Shown one piece after another: positions 1 to 12,720 of a stretch of 64,000 bases of DNA. Numbering within the stretch: position 1 is the first letter of the stretch; each line of letters begins with the position of its first letter. Source of the stretch: Octopus sinensis (Eukaryota); contig NC_043004.1 in assembly GCF_006345805.1 (NCBI RefSeq), forward strand, positions 23,746,001 to 23,810,000, in the 5' to 3' direction. The notes under the pieces are model-generated. The model worked only from the letters and a program-made list of their open reading frames with translations, made no database searches and was not told the DNA's origin. A program made the position numbers and the translations under genes.

Positions 1-273
1 GAATACACTCACACACACACAAACATTAGGTTTTAGTTGTTTAAGTCATTGGACAATTGGACTACGGCTGTGAAGGGTCTTAGTCGAACAGATCGCCCTC
101 GGTAATCACTCTATCCTTCTATTTTGCCGAACAGCTAAGTTGCGGGGATGTAAGGAAACCAAAACTAGTTGTCAAGAGGTAGCCAGTGAAAGATGTATAT
201 TCATCCCTATCGGTGTCAGCTGAGTTCAAATAGGTTTGTGACACATTTCAATTTTTAAAGGCAAATAAATTAC

Positions 274-282
274 CTGCAGATA
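274..282 (-). other. Candidate 9-nt microexon (YLQ), unconfirmed
   Basis: Minus strand ttttttctctgcag|TATCTGCAG|gtaattt: good pyrimidine tract, AG/GT sites, length a multiple of 3. No homology support. Confidence 0.25.
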
Positions 283-469
283 CTGCAGAGAAAAAATTCT
301 CACTGAAGGTTTAAAAAGTTTAGACTGGACAGATTCGGATATGGTATTTTTACGCCTTTTACCGTAAGAGAAATGTTCTTTGTTCTCTACAACGACTGCA
401 GTCAATTTGCATTTAGAATTTGCAATATGTCACAAACATTTTAACTCATCTAAAGTTCGATTATATATA

Positions 470-506
470 TGCATACATACATACATACATACATACATAC
501 ATACAT

Positions 507-580
<74 letters not shown>

Positions 581-636
581 GTCCTCGTGTTGTTGTGTTT
601 TTTTGTGCTTTCATGTTTGGATTAACTTTATATATG

Positions 637-668
<32 letters not shown>

Positions 669-700
669 TATATACATATATATACGCACGCACGCAGACA
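470..700. repeat. Compound microsatellite (TACA)n(CA)n(TA)n; representative of dozens in the window
   Basis: Direct reading; similar tracts at 3365-3480, 8020-8245, 8535-8795, 24430-24552, 43990-44272, 52660-52890, 61975-62350 and elsewhere. Confidence 0.95.
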
Positions 701-714
701 CACACACACACATA

Positions 715-860
715 TGTATATGACGGGCTTCCACCAAGTTTCCGAAAAAAGATTTACTCAGTGTCATGGTCGGCCCGCGCGTATAGTCAAAGACACTATA
801 CCCAAAGTGCCATGGAGAGGGACTGAACACGAACTCGCATTGCTTCTTAACCACACTGTC
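715..860 (-). mobile_element. SINE family B head
   Basis: gacgggcttcc...ggtcggcccg...cccaaagtgcc...gggactgaac. Confidence 0.75.
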
Positions 861-1686
861 ATTCTTGCGCTTATCGTTTACCATTCAGATTTTCATAAGG
901 GGTTTTACTTTGAAGTTTTGTTGTATTTCGAAACTCCTAGTCAGCTGTGTACTAATAGTGGCATACACGAATAGATTCCCTCTTGATCTGAATGCCGTTA
1001 TATTTAACAGCTAAAAGATCTTCAACATTAATATACCACCTTTAAGTCTTTAAATCTCTGTCAAGCTGTGCATCTTGCCTTTATATACTCAATAGCTTCT
1101 GTTCCATGTGATATTACATGGAAGACATTCATGGCACTAACGAGTAAAATACAGTCATTGAATTTCTAGAACCTCAGTAAATAGATTTAGAAAAATACTT
1201 TTCTTATTCATCATTCAGGCTTTAGGAAATACTCATTCGAATCGGCTATTCATAACTTTTATACTTTTTTTTTTATATAAATTAGCTACAGCGCATTACC
1301 AATTTTAAAAAAAAGTCAAAAGCGTTTTATGGATTTGCATATAATGAAAATATTCACCTTTCGTCGTTGTTATAGCATTTAATAAGGGTCGATGATAGGG
1401 CTATTGAAAATATCTATAGTGCGGTGGAGAATCCAAGAAGGTTATTTCAAACTCATAGTAATATCCGTGTAGTTAAGACGTTCGTTTCACAATTATCTGA
1501 CTCCGATTTTGACTTAATTGCATAGCACCTTGTGCAAATGTCTTCTATGTTAGCCTCGAAACCACGAGTTGGCAAATAAATTTTGATTGGAATCAGGTAG
1601 ATGGAGATGTACAGGAATATTCTATGTATGTGTGTGTGTGTGTATGTGTGTTTGTGAGAGTATATATATACACACCAACACACACA

Positions 1687-1723
<37 letters not shown>

Positions 1724-2021
1724 GTGTGTGTAGCTCTATCATCGACCCTTATATATATATATCTGTGCACAGCTTTCAAAGTCCTATATGCCATAAGGTC
1801 TGCAAATCTAACGGAGATCTCAAAAGATATTTTGAGACCTCAAAATATTTTGAGATCACAACTTAACTGCAGTTCTTGGTGGTCCAAATCTATGTGGGAG
1901 TCTTATCAATATATTGTTTGGTTTAAAAAGCCACATCATACGGCATGATGGATCTAAGGTGTAAGTACAAGAGAGGGTCAGACTCTGCATAAGGAGTAGA
2001 CAACCACCATGTATATAGAGT

Positions 2022-2342
2022 GAAGGCGAGTGGCTTAGTGGTTAGGGGCATTCAGCTCATGATCGTAAGGTCGTGAGTTCAATTCTCGGCAGCGCGTTGT
2101 GTCCTTGAGCAAGACACTTTATTTCCCGTTTGTCCAGTCCACTCAGCTGGCAAAACTGAGTAGTATCTGTATTTCAAAGAGTCAGCCTTGTCACACTCTG
2201 TGTCACACTGAATCTCCCCAAGAACTACGTTAAGGGTACACGTGTTTGTGGGGTGCTCAGCCACTTCCATGTTAATTTCACAAGCAAGCTATTCCGTTGA
2301 TCGTATCAGCTGGGACCCTCGTCGTCGCAAACGACGAGTGCT

Positions 2343-2344
<2 letters not shown>
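2022..2344 (+). mobile_element. SINE family C (tRNA head plus conserved central domain)
   Basis: gaaggcgagtggcttagtggttag...gtgagttcaattc...gttgtgtccttgagcaagacacttt, a Meta/MESC-like core from recall. Confidence 0.85.
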
Positions 2345-2403
<59 letters not shown>

Positions 2404-2559
2404 GCATGTATGGATACGTACGTGTGTATACACCTTCACAGATATACATTCTTCTACTACTCACCACTAACCTGTCCTTTTAAGCAACTTATATTCCTAA
2501 TTCATCATTACACCTCAATTTTGCTACCCTTACACGGTTGTGGTTGGTAAGCAAGCTAC

Positions 2560-3370
2560 TTACCACACAGCCGTATATATAAATATATATATATATATAT
2601 ATACATATATGGGTACAGGACATCACCAACTGTAAACAGTATGAAATACGAAAACAAATGTGTTAAATACGCAAATAACGTGAGGAAAAATGGAAACAGG
2701 ACAATTAATACAACTTCATCAGTTGTCAGCTGTTTATCTACTCCCCATTTCAAGCAATCAACGACAATATGAGTCTTCTAAGACAGTTGCTCCCATAAAT
2801 AGCAAAATAAAACTTTGGATTTATGGACGGTAAAAGTTGGGAACAAACAGGACAGTGAAGACATACAAGGAAATCGAACGAAAACAAACATTGAGGGTCG
2901 TTATACCTGAACGAGGGGAAAATAATGAACGATGAGAGAAGTATTTTCTTCGAAAAAAGAAAAGATATAAGAGAGAGATCGGAGACGTCTAGTCCTTATA
3001 ACATACGTGCAGGAAAAGAAAGATGATAACGTGAAGGAAAGAAAGACAGACGATGGTCACGTGTGAGCAAAGAGAGAGAGAGAGAAAAGAGAAATAGGGG
3101 AAGAGGGAGAGAGACAGATAAAAAACGGTGAAAGGGAGAAAAAGGGAATTAGTGAGGATGGGAGAGAAAACAGTATAGAGTTGGGTAGCATCTAAAAGGT
3201 TAAGATAAACTTACTTAGAAATGGATGCGTGGCGTTCAATTAAATAATAATATAAATGATATTTCTATATATGCATATATAGTAAACAACATGAAATACG
3301 AAAATAAATGACTTAAATACGCAAATAACAAGAGAAAAATGGGAAATGGGACAAGTAATACAAAGAATAC
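2560..3370. repeat. Unclassified repeat (possibly PLE pseudo-LTR-like) with two related segments of about 90 bp
   Basis: atgaaatacgaaaa...ttaaatacgcaaataac...gaaaaatgg occurs at about 2640 and about 3291. Confidence 0.4.
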
Positions 3371-3374
3371 AAAG

Positions 3375-3447
<73 letters not shown>

Positions 3448-3725
3448 ATGTATGCATGCATATATGTATGTATGTGTGTGTGTCTGTGTTTTTTCAGTGT
3501 TTACAAATAATACGGAAAAAATAAATAAAGTTACCAGGGTAGCAAAAATTCAGACAAGTAACAAGGATGTAACTGCATATTTATAAACACAGAAACACCA
3601 GGTTTAGGTTTGTATAGAGAAATAAATAAATTGAGTTAAACGCAGGTGTTATTCTTTTACTTCCGACATATGTTTCGAAGATCACATTGTTTTAAAATGT
3701 CTTATTGATGTGTTTGGTTTCTTTC

Positions 3726-3813
3726 TTTCCCTGATGAGAAGATTGCATTGTTTTACACCATTTTATTCCTTCTGGAATAATACCAATGTTGTCTTCGAAA
3801 CATATGTCGGAAG
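3726..3813 (+). ncRNA. Type I hammerhead ribozyme, canonical core, palindromic stem III (PLE-type)
   Basis: UUUCC-CUGAUGA-GAAGAU...GUCUUC-GAAA-CAUAUG-UC-GGAAG: stem I 5 bp, stem II 6 bp closed by G10.1-C11.1, self-complementary ACAUAUGU stem III, GUC cleavage triplet ending at 3808. Confidence 0.75.
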
Positions 3814-4659
3814 TAAAAGTATTTGATTAATACCTGCATTTAACTCCACTTATTTATCTGTGTGTATGTATATATATGTATATATATATATATATTTATA
3901 AATATAGGTATGTATATGTATGCATATATATATATTTATATATGTCTATATATATCTATCTATATATATATATTTATACATGTATATATATATATGTACC
4001 TATGTATATATTTATGTATGTGTGTGTATATATATATGTATATGTATATGAATATATATATATGTATGTATATATTTGTATATCTATGCATATATGCGTA
4101 CACACACACGCACACACACACTTATATAACCTTCTTTATATATATTCATGAGGTTAGTATGTTGACTTGTCTAAATTGATTTTGTGTCCCTTGATACCAG
4201 GGTTCAATTTAGTGAGTATATAAAGATCTATTACTTGGTGTCAAACTGGAATAAGTACGGCGGCCGATATGATCGATTAGAATCCTTGAAGGTAGTTTCC
4301 CAGCATGATCATATTCCAATGAGTCAAATCACTAAAAGAAAAATGTGTGTATGTGTGTATATGTGTGTGTGTGTATATGTGTGTGCTGTTAGCCATATTC
4401 TTCCAATGATGATGCTCTGGTCTTGTCCATTGGACGCGTAGGTACTTGTGTTATTCCCTAAATCTATGACATTATGGATCTTTATTATATAATGAACGTG
4501 ATTACGGTGCAGACCATGGTGCAACTGAAACAGTGGTCGTGGTAAGACTATTATATAACTCTTGTTTATTTTGTATTCTTACTTTCGTAAATTACATCGA
4601 AAGTAAGTCCACTTGTGTTCCTCTATCTTTCTACTTATATATATATTTTCATTTATCAA

Positions 4660-4701
4660 TCTGTCTGTCTCTCTGTCTGTCTGTCTGTCTGTCTCTCTGT
4701 A

Positions 4702-4737
<36 letters not shown>

Positions 4738-4797
4738 CATCTATCTATATGTCCGTCTCTCTGTTTGTCTATCCGTCCGTCCGTTCATCTATCTATA

Positions 4798-4856
<59 letters not shown>

Positions 4857-4865
4857 ATATCTATC

Positions 4866-4932
<67 letters not shown>

Positions 4933-4935
4933 GAA
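4660..4935. repeat. Compound (TCTG)n(TCTA)n(CA)n(TA)n microsatellite
   Basis: Direct reading. Confidence 0.95.
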
Positions 4936-7132
4936 TGGGTTTCTAAAGGGCGAGTGGCTGTTTATAATAAGCCGTGATGCATTAAATATATTTTCTTTTG
5001 ACATTGTGAGTCCAAATACCTTGTTTAGCTTGCACCCGAATTTACTTCGATAATTTCTCAGCTTAAATAATATAACGCCCTAAGCACTTACCAATCTTAT
5101 GTCACAGTTGGGTTTTCTGTGTGTCACAGAGATTATCTTTACGAAATCTAATATTGTATCTGTTTAGCGCCTCATTAGCCTGTGAAGTGTATGATGTAAG
5201 AGTTCCTCAACTGGACAAGTTTCTCTAATCCACTTTAAACAAATATGTACCATACAATTACCGTAGTTGGTCAAATTTACTTATCCCCTCTCAACACCAC
5301 AAAATGTTTAATCTTGTATATATGTTAGAAACCGTTCTAATAACAACGGTGTAATTGATTTCATTATTGTCGAATCAGATCCAATTGCAATGATATCAAC
5401 CTTACTTCTGTCTTAATCATTTATATATAATAAAATGTTCTCTCAGTTCAATAAAAGTATATCATCTGTTTCGTTTGAAAATTGCATTTTGGTAACATTC
5501 CGAGATAATAATTAGTTATACGGTGTTTATCCTTGCTGTACTCACTTGCACAACACATTCGACATCTTCTATGTATTCATATACTTGTGTTTGTGTTTTT
5601 CTGCTCTGTGTGAAACAGAAGATAAAGTGAATGCAGTCAATAATGTTTTCTAACAAAATATAAGGACATTACGAAAGTTAGGTGTCAAATATCTCAAACA
5701 GCTTTCAGATATTGCATCTCATATAATACTTTTAGGAGACAAACCTGATTTAAAATTCCTAACACAAGTTTCTGGATAATCTATGACTCCAATTTAGAGA
5801 CCAAGATTAAAACTTGAGAGAAAATTATTACTTTAACAGATTTTTAGGAATGTCATTAATACCATGGGTATTAAGCTGTATTCCTCATGTCACAGAATGA
5901 TGGAATGATGCTTCAATATCAAGTTATCTGTAACACATTAAACAAATCCGGTCTTATGATTGGAGTGATAAAGGTTACACACTAAAACTGATTGTTCGAC
6001 ATATAAAATTATGATATGTCGCCGAACAATTCATTGATAATTTCCGTTGTATTAACAGAATTAAGTGTGAAACAGTCAAAACTAGTCGTGGTTGACAAAT
6101 GAGAGACAACCTTCCAATGGTGATCGTCACACGCTTAATTTCTGAATCTATTAAGAAGCGCTTGTATTTTTAATATGTGCAAGCATTGTTAAGAACTTCA
6201 CTTTCCAATCCCTGTGTAATAAGTTCGATTATATATCGCGGGAACTTAGGCAAGTGTTTTTTATTATAGCTGAGGGTTGACCAAATCCTTGTAATTGAAA
6301 CTGGGTGAGATAGAATCTGTGCAGAAGCCCATGAGACAGTGACTTGTACCGGCTTTAATTGGTAGATTTAATCTGCTCGGCTTAACTCCACTATTTGACA
6401 ACTGCGCTGTCTTTAACAGAGTATGTGAATAAATTCAAACAGGTTTCCGATCTGAGTTATTGTTCCACTCTTCTTTCTGTCCGCTATCCTTGAAGGGTTT
6501 GCAAACTGGACATTTGAGCTACTGCTAATCTTTAGCGATGATATAATTAAATAAGTTGTTCAGTATCAAAATCCCCACAGAACAAAACGAAACGCAAAAG
6601 TTCTTAAGAAGATAAAAGTATTAATAAATAGCAATATCAATAAAAACAACAACACTAAACCCAATGAGAATATTTGATCAAATGCAAATGAGGAAACCTT
6701 AAGAATTCTATCTTGCATCTTGCCAAATAAACATTGATTGTGAACGCCCTTGATCAAAGACATTCCGGCTAGGTCCATCTACTCTAGCACCTGGTAGCTT
6801 TACTTTGAATACTAATAGACACGAAAAGTTTGATTGCATTGAATTTTTATTTATTTATTCGTCTTACTGAAAAAATTCAGATATCTTTTTTAAAGAATCG
6901 TTTCACCTTACTTGGCTTTCAGAGGAAGCATCTATGCGCTAACTTGTCTTGCAAGAAATGTCTGGGAAATCACATTGGATAAGGTGGTGCTAAACCAGAT
7001 GGTCATGGCTAGAAGGGTCAAATGTTTCCTTAATCAAAGTAACCTTAGGGATAATCAAAATCCACATTTCTTTCCGCATCGTCTTGTGTGGTTCTATGTA
7101 TGAAAGTTTATTTGTGTGTGGATATATATATA

Positions 7133-7339
7133 TAAGTTCCAGGCTTTGGGTAGAAGAAAGCACAGGAGGATCAGTTAGTTATAATCTTATTCAACGTAAC
7201 ATATACCACTCTCAGATTCACACATTTATTACAGCTGTTCTTTCGTCTTTCTAAGTCCTGTAAAAGAACTCGGAAGACTGGGCCTCCAACCAGGTGTTTC
7301 ATGATACCTTTAAAGCCTGGAACCTTTCAGCACACCCTC

Positions 7340-7342
<3 letters not shown>
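7133..7342 (-). mobile_element. mariner-type MITE (same family)
   Basis: Reverse complement cgagggtgtgctgaaaggttccaggctttaaaggta...gagttcttttacaggac matches the 12034 and 51239 copies. Confidence 0.7.
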
Positions 7343-7390
<48 letters not shown>

Positions 7391-7485
7391 TAGTTAGAAT
7401 TTGCAAAAAAGCAAAACAAAAAACGAAGACGTGTGTGTAAACAACAAACAGATGTATTAGTTTAACGCTCGGGAAGTGAGAAAGT

Positions 7486-7521
7486 CTTGTACGTTTCGAA
7501 CCTACGCGCTTCAACAGAAAG
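7486..7521 (-). ncRNA. Degenerate minimal hammerhead (PLE pseudo-LTR), CUGUUGA core variant
   Basis: Reverse complement reads CUUU-CUGUUGA-A-GCGC-GUAG-GUUC-GAAA-CG-UA-CAAG; same family as 61498-61533, with mismatches in stems I and II. Confidence 0.5.
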
Positions 7522-7619
7522 GAACACAGAAATAAGCAGAAAATAAGAAAGGTTTAGTGGCTAGCGATCGATCATAGCGAATCATATATATATATATATA
7601 TTTGTGTGTGTGTGTGTGT

Positions 7620-7811
7620 TATCTTTATCCTTTATTTATTTCAATCATTACAATGCGGCCATGCTGCGCATCACTTTGAAGAATTGCAGTCGCTACAAGT
7701 ATTTATTAGCTTTTAAAGTGAGGCACTCACTCTATCGGTCGTTTTTGCCGAACTGCTATGTTACGGGATCGCACCAATGCCTGTTTTTATACACAGACAT
7801 AAACACACACA

Positions 7812-7860
<49 letters not shown>

Positions 7861-8005
7861 GTCGGGCTTCTTTTAATTTCCGTTTAACAAATCTATTCAC
7901 AAGGGTTTGGTCGGCCCGAGGCTACAGCAGAAGACAGTCGCCCAAGATGTCACGCAGTGGGATTGAGCTTGGGACCCTGCAGCTGGGAGGCAAACTTCTT
8001 ACCAA
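7620..8005 (-). mobile_element. SINE family B with internal microsatellite
   Basis: Tail ttttgccgaactgcta, then (CA)n(TA)n, then head gtcgggcttc...gcagtgggatt. Confidence 0.8.
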
Positions 8006-8208
8006 ATACCCACAAATAGACAGATAAATTGATAGATCGATCGATAGATAGATGGATTGACAGACAGACAGACACATTCATTCATACATACATACATACA
8101 TACATACTTACATACATACATACATACATACATACTTACATACATACATACATACATACATTACATACATACATACATACTTACATACTTACATACATAC
8201 ATACATAC

Positions 8209-8245
<37 letters not shown>

Positions 8246-8538
8246 TCGATGCAGTGCATGTTGTTACTTTCTCATTATAGGTTCAGACTGGCGTAGTAGT
8301 GAAAACAAAATATAAAAGATGGTTGTGTGTCACGTAATATGATGTCCTCATTAAGTTGACCCTTAATTTGACCATTAAAATGACCCTTAGGAGAGAGGTG
8401 AAAAGTTTCTGCCTACCAGTGACGTCCCACATCACGAGACACTATTATCTTTTCTTTTGGTTCAGCAACTACAACTAAAGTCCAGATTCTTGACTACTGG
8501 CACGACATCATGGTGCAGACGCGTGTATGCGTGTGTGT

Positions 8539-8574
<36 letters not shown>

Positions 8575-8670
8575 GTATGTATATATATACGTATATATAT
8601 ATATTACATATATATATATATATTCATGCATATCTGCATGTATGTATATATGTACATATGTACGTATGTA

Positions 8671-8726
<56 letters not shown>

Positions 8727-10595
8727 AATCTATATATATATACATATATGTTTGTATGTATGTATGTATGTATGTATGTATGTATGAATGTATGTATGGG
8801 GGAGGTGTATGCATGATTGTGCCTATACAGAATAAACGATTCTATTCAAATAAAATTCAAATAACTTTTCCCACAACTTTTCCAACACTCCTCTGTTACA
8901 CAACCTCTCTCTAGCGATGTCATATTTCTATATAAAGAAATGAATTCAAAGAATTATTATAAAGCATACATGATTAATTTTCTGGCAGAGCTTCAACCGA
9001 TTATAATTTTCTTGCCAAGTTATTTTACACCATCTTGCTTACTCAATTTCATTATACAGTGAATGCAATCATTTACCGGAATGGATCCTTCGTCAGTTTC
9101 GTAGATGAACATCGACTGATTCTATGAACTAAACTAGCCAGTTATTGTATTATCTTGCGAGCGTGTATTTCACATACGGCCGTACACTTAATGTAAATGT
9201 CGCTCGGGATCTGCATGAAAAAGTACGTGACACAGGTGGTTATTTGAATTATAGATGTATTTATTTTTATCTTATTTTGTAAGTGACCGAGTTTTCCATA
9301 TACATTTGTAGACATAATGTAATCACGAAGCAGAAGGTACACCGTGTGACAAGATTAACCCTGTGAACTACAAGTATAACTATTTCGTACAGACCATACG
9401 TGGCTAAGGATTCCACTACAGCTGCATATATCCTTAAAGCAATCTTCATGCAGCGCCGCATGACATAACTACAAAGTTGGATTAGGAACAGTCCATAATG
9501 ACCGTATTCAACACAGCTTCTGTCTACAAAGTTTTCCTTACAAGGTGCTAGGATGCTAGGATTAAAGTTGAGTAGAGTCCAAAACCTCATGATTATATAG
9601 CATTAAATACTACTATGGCCAACACGTAAAACATATTCCCTCGTGTAGTTTAATCAATCTTTATTTAAAACCTATAGAAGTTCATCAGCTGCGCTGTTTA
9701 TGAAGTAGTGCACTAATAAATCTGTTACAGAAAGGAACTAGGAAGTTTTATATTAATAATTTTTGTGGCGAAAATTAGAATAAGATAAGAAGCATCTTCC
9801 AACGCTTTGCAGCGCTTCTGAAACTGGAGGAAGGAACGGAGAAGGTTGCCGTCAGATCAGAGGCGTAGTTCAAATGGCTGCAACTGAATCGGTAATGCTA
9901 GAGTTACTCAATGCCAGGTTAGGATGGTAAGAAAACTGGGTGACGACTGAGTTCTGTAGGATATAATACAAAGAACAATACTAGCAAGGGTGTATGGTCA
10001 AGACGTTTGCTTCTGAACACGTGATATCAGGTTCAGTCTCACTGTGTGGCATCTTGGATTTGTGACTTTTAAGATAGTGCCCGGCCTACCAAAAATGAGG
10101 TGGCATTATTACATCCAGATCCAAGAAGCAGAAGCGATAATAATAGAGTTGCAAAATCAGAGAGATGAGACAACGCACGAGTGTCTCAGAAACTGCCCTT
10201 GTTTTGGATGGAATCAACAAAGGTTGTGTGTACATATTCCATCGTGAGCCTCATCTGGGATTTATTCTATCTATAATAATCAGTGTGTAAAGTATCTTCT
10301 GGTCCTCAAGAGAAAAGACAGTTGTTAGGTTGTGATCCTAGTTATGCTAATATGTACTTTGGCCAGGATATATCCTCGATGATATTGAGACCCAACAAAT
10401 GGGCTCTAGATGAAAGTTGCTTACAATCAAGGAGATTGTGGTGTGATGAAGTTATCTTGACATGAGTAGCATTTGCATTGAGTTTCTGTTGAATGAAAGA
10501 AGTTTGGAATAATACTAGTGACAAATGCTTTCAAGAATTTCAAGGACATCCTTCCATTTATCTATTCATTGATGTATATATACATCCACATAAAA

Positions 10596-10635
<40 letters not shown>

Positions 10636-12033
10636 ATGTATGTATGTATGTATGTATGTATGTATGTATGTATGTGTAGCAGAGAGAGAAATAGGCAGAA
10701 TGGATGAGAAACAAAATGAGAGAAAGTAGAGATAGAGAGAGAATTCCAGAGTGTGTCAGTGATTAAAGTATTCTTGCAAACGAAAACATCAATAATTCTA
10801 AAACTAATAGCAATAATTCCTCTGACCAAATATTATGCACGAATTCGAAAACGGAATGGTTAACAAGAAAAATCTATACAAAACGTAGAATATACACACA
10901 TGCATGCATACATACATACGTACACACACAAATACTACCTCCACCACTACCGCCACCACGCACACACACAACCCTCCACGCACGCACACACATACACACA
11001 CACTCACACAAATACACACACACTCACACACATATATATGAAGGCAAACAGTGGAACAATAAAACAACTATTGAACACTAAACGTTAAAAGACTTAGTAT
11101 TTAAGGATTTATCTTTAATCCAACAGGATGTAATTTAAGAAAGGAAATTAACATGCAAAGCGCATATTTCTGAAAAGCTTCGACAAAGGATGGAAAAGAA
11201 AACGAAAAAATATATTTCCTTTCGTAATTTTCTCTTTAATCCTTTTGTCGTGCGAAGTTCAACTATTGTTCGAACGAAACGAAAACAAAATCCAAACTTT
11301 ACAATAAACGTCTTTCAAATATATTAACAGAATATAGAATATATAAAGTACGATATTAAAACAAGGAGAACATGGAGCACCATTTTGATAAGTCTCATAA
11401 AAATATCAAAATGATTATTAGGTAAAAAAAAATATTTCTTACAAATCACTAAATATATTTTCAAATAATCGATATTCAATAAATCGATTTTCTCTTTTAG
11501 TTATACAATAAATGTGAAAAGGAAAAGCAAAATCGGAAGACGGAATCATCTATTTTTCACGGTTCCAGATTTTTGGAGAATCAATTTTAAAAGATAATGC
11601 TACAATTATTGTTGAAATTATTTGCTAGTTCTTTGTCTCATTTAAGCAAGCATTAATGTCGAAAAGAAAAATCGTATAAGTTTAAACCATAACGTGTTTA
11701 AATTGCCGCTGTCCCTGTGAAAAAAAGCATTTAGTTTAATAGAAGTGGCTGGGATACTTCGCAACATTCAGCAGTTGATTAATCCTTTAATTAATACTTT
11801 TAGATGAGAGTGAAGAGGAAAGCCAATGTCTAAATACAATAAACAAACACGCACGCACGCACACACACACACGCACACACACACGCACACACACACACAC
11901 ACACGCACACACACAAAACTCACATGCATTCATACATTTGGGCATGCACAAACGAGCAAACACACACACGAGCACACATACACACACATATGTGTATATG
12001 AGGATCGATCACCACCGTTTGACAATGAGGAGA

Positions 12034-12246
12034 TACGAGAAGGTGCTGAACAGTTCCTGGTTTTAAGGGTATCACGAAAGACCTGACTGGAGGCCCAACT
12101 TTTCGTGTTCTTTTACAAGGCATAGATAAACTGAAGAACTGCTGCAATGAGTCTGAGAGGAGAATATGTTAAATAAGATCATGATCAGCTGATCTACTTG
12201 TCTTTTTTTTATCCCAAACAAGGGACTTTTCCCCCATCCCTTCGTA
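12034..12246 (+). mobile_element. mariner-type MITE
   Basis: Imperfect TIRs tacgagaaggtgctgaacagttcc and ...catcccttcgta with TA ends; homologous copies at 7133-7342 (-) and 51239-51444 (+). Confidence 0.7.
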
Positions 12247-12499
12247 TTTGTTCGCTCAACTCAATTAATTTAAAGTGTTCCCCCACACAAACAGCTACCA
12301 GCTTCACACACCATACAGCAAAGTGCACCTTTAAACTACCGGGACAATCTACTCGACGGGCTTCTATACACTTTCCAAGTCTCCATTTTCACTCGCAACG
12401 TCAAGATATGGGTCGATCTGCAGCTACAGATTGTTTAAAATACTACGCAATATGGTCGAAGCTAAATGGTCATGAAGTCCGTCTCGCAACAGGACGCTT

Positions 12500-12720
12500 C
12501 GGGTTTAAGAAGCTTGCTTCTCAACCACATGGTTCCAGCTTCATTCCTACTGCGTGGCACCTTGGGCAAGTGATTTCTACTATAGCCCCAGGCCAACGAA
12601 AGTCTTGTGTGTGGATTTGGTAGACGGAAACTGAAAAGATCCTCTCGTACATATATATGTATGCGTGTGTGTCTCGGTCAGTGCCCGAGCATGGCTGCAG
12701 TCTAATGACTGAAACATTTA
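12500..12720 (+). mobile_element. SINE family B (internally shortened)
   Basis: caaccacatggttcc...gtggcaccttgggcaagtg...gtagacggaaactgaaa. Confidence 0.8.

Noticed and set aside
2022-2095. Functional tRNA gene
   Set aside because: It is the head of a SINE continuing into the core domain; no complete cloverleaf or terminator.
2690-2770. CTGATGAAG on the minus strand as a hammerhead
   Set aside because: No correctly placed GAAA or pairing stems in any topology I tried.
9267-9590. 107-aa minus ORF
   Set aside because: No motif recognised and no clear splice sites; likely a decayed repeat. Left unassigned.
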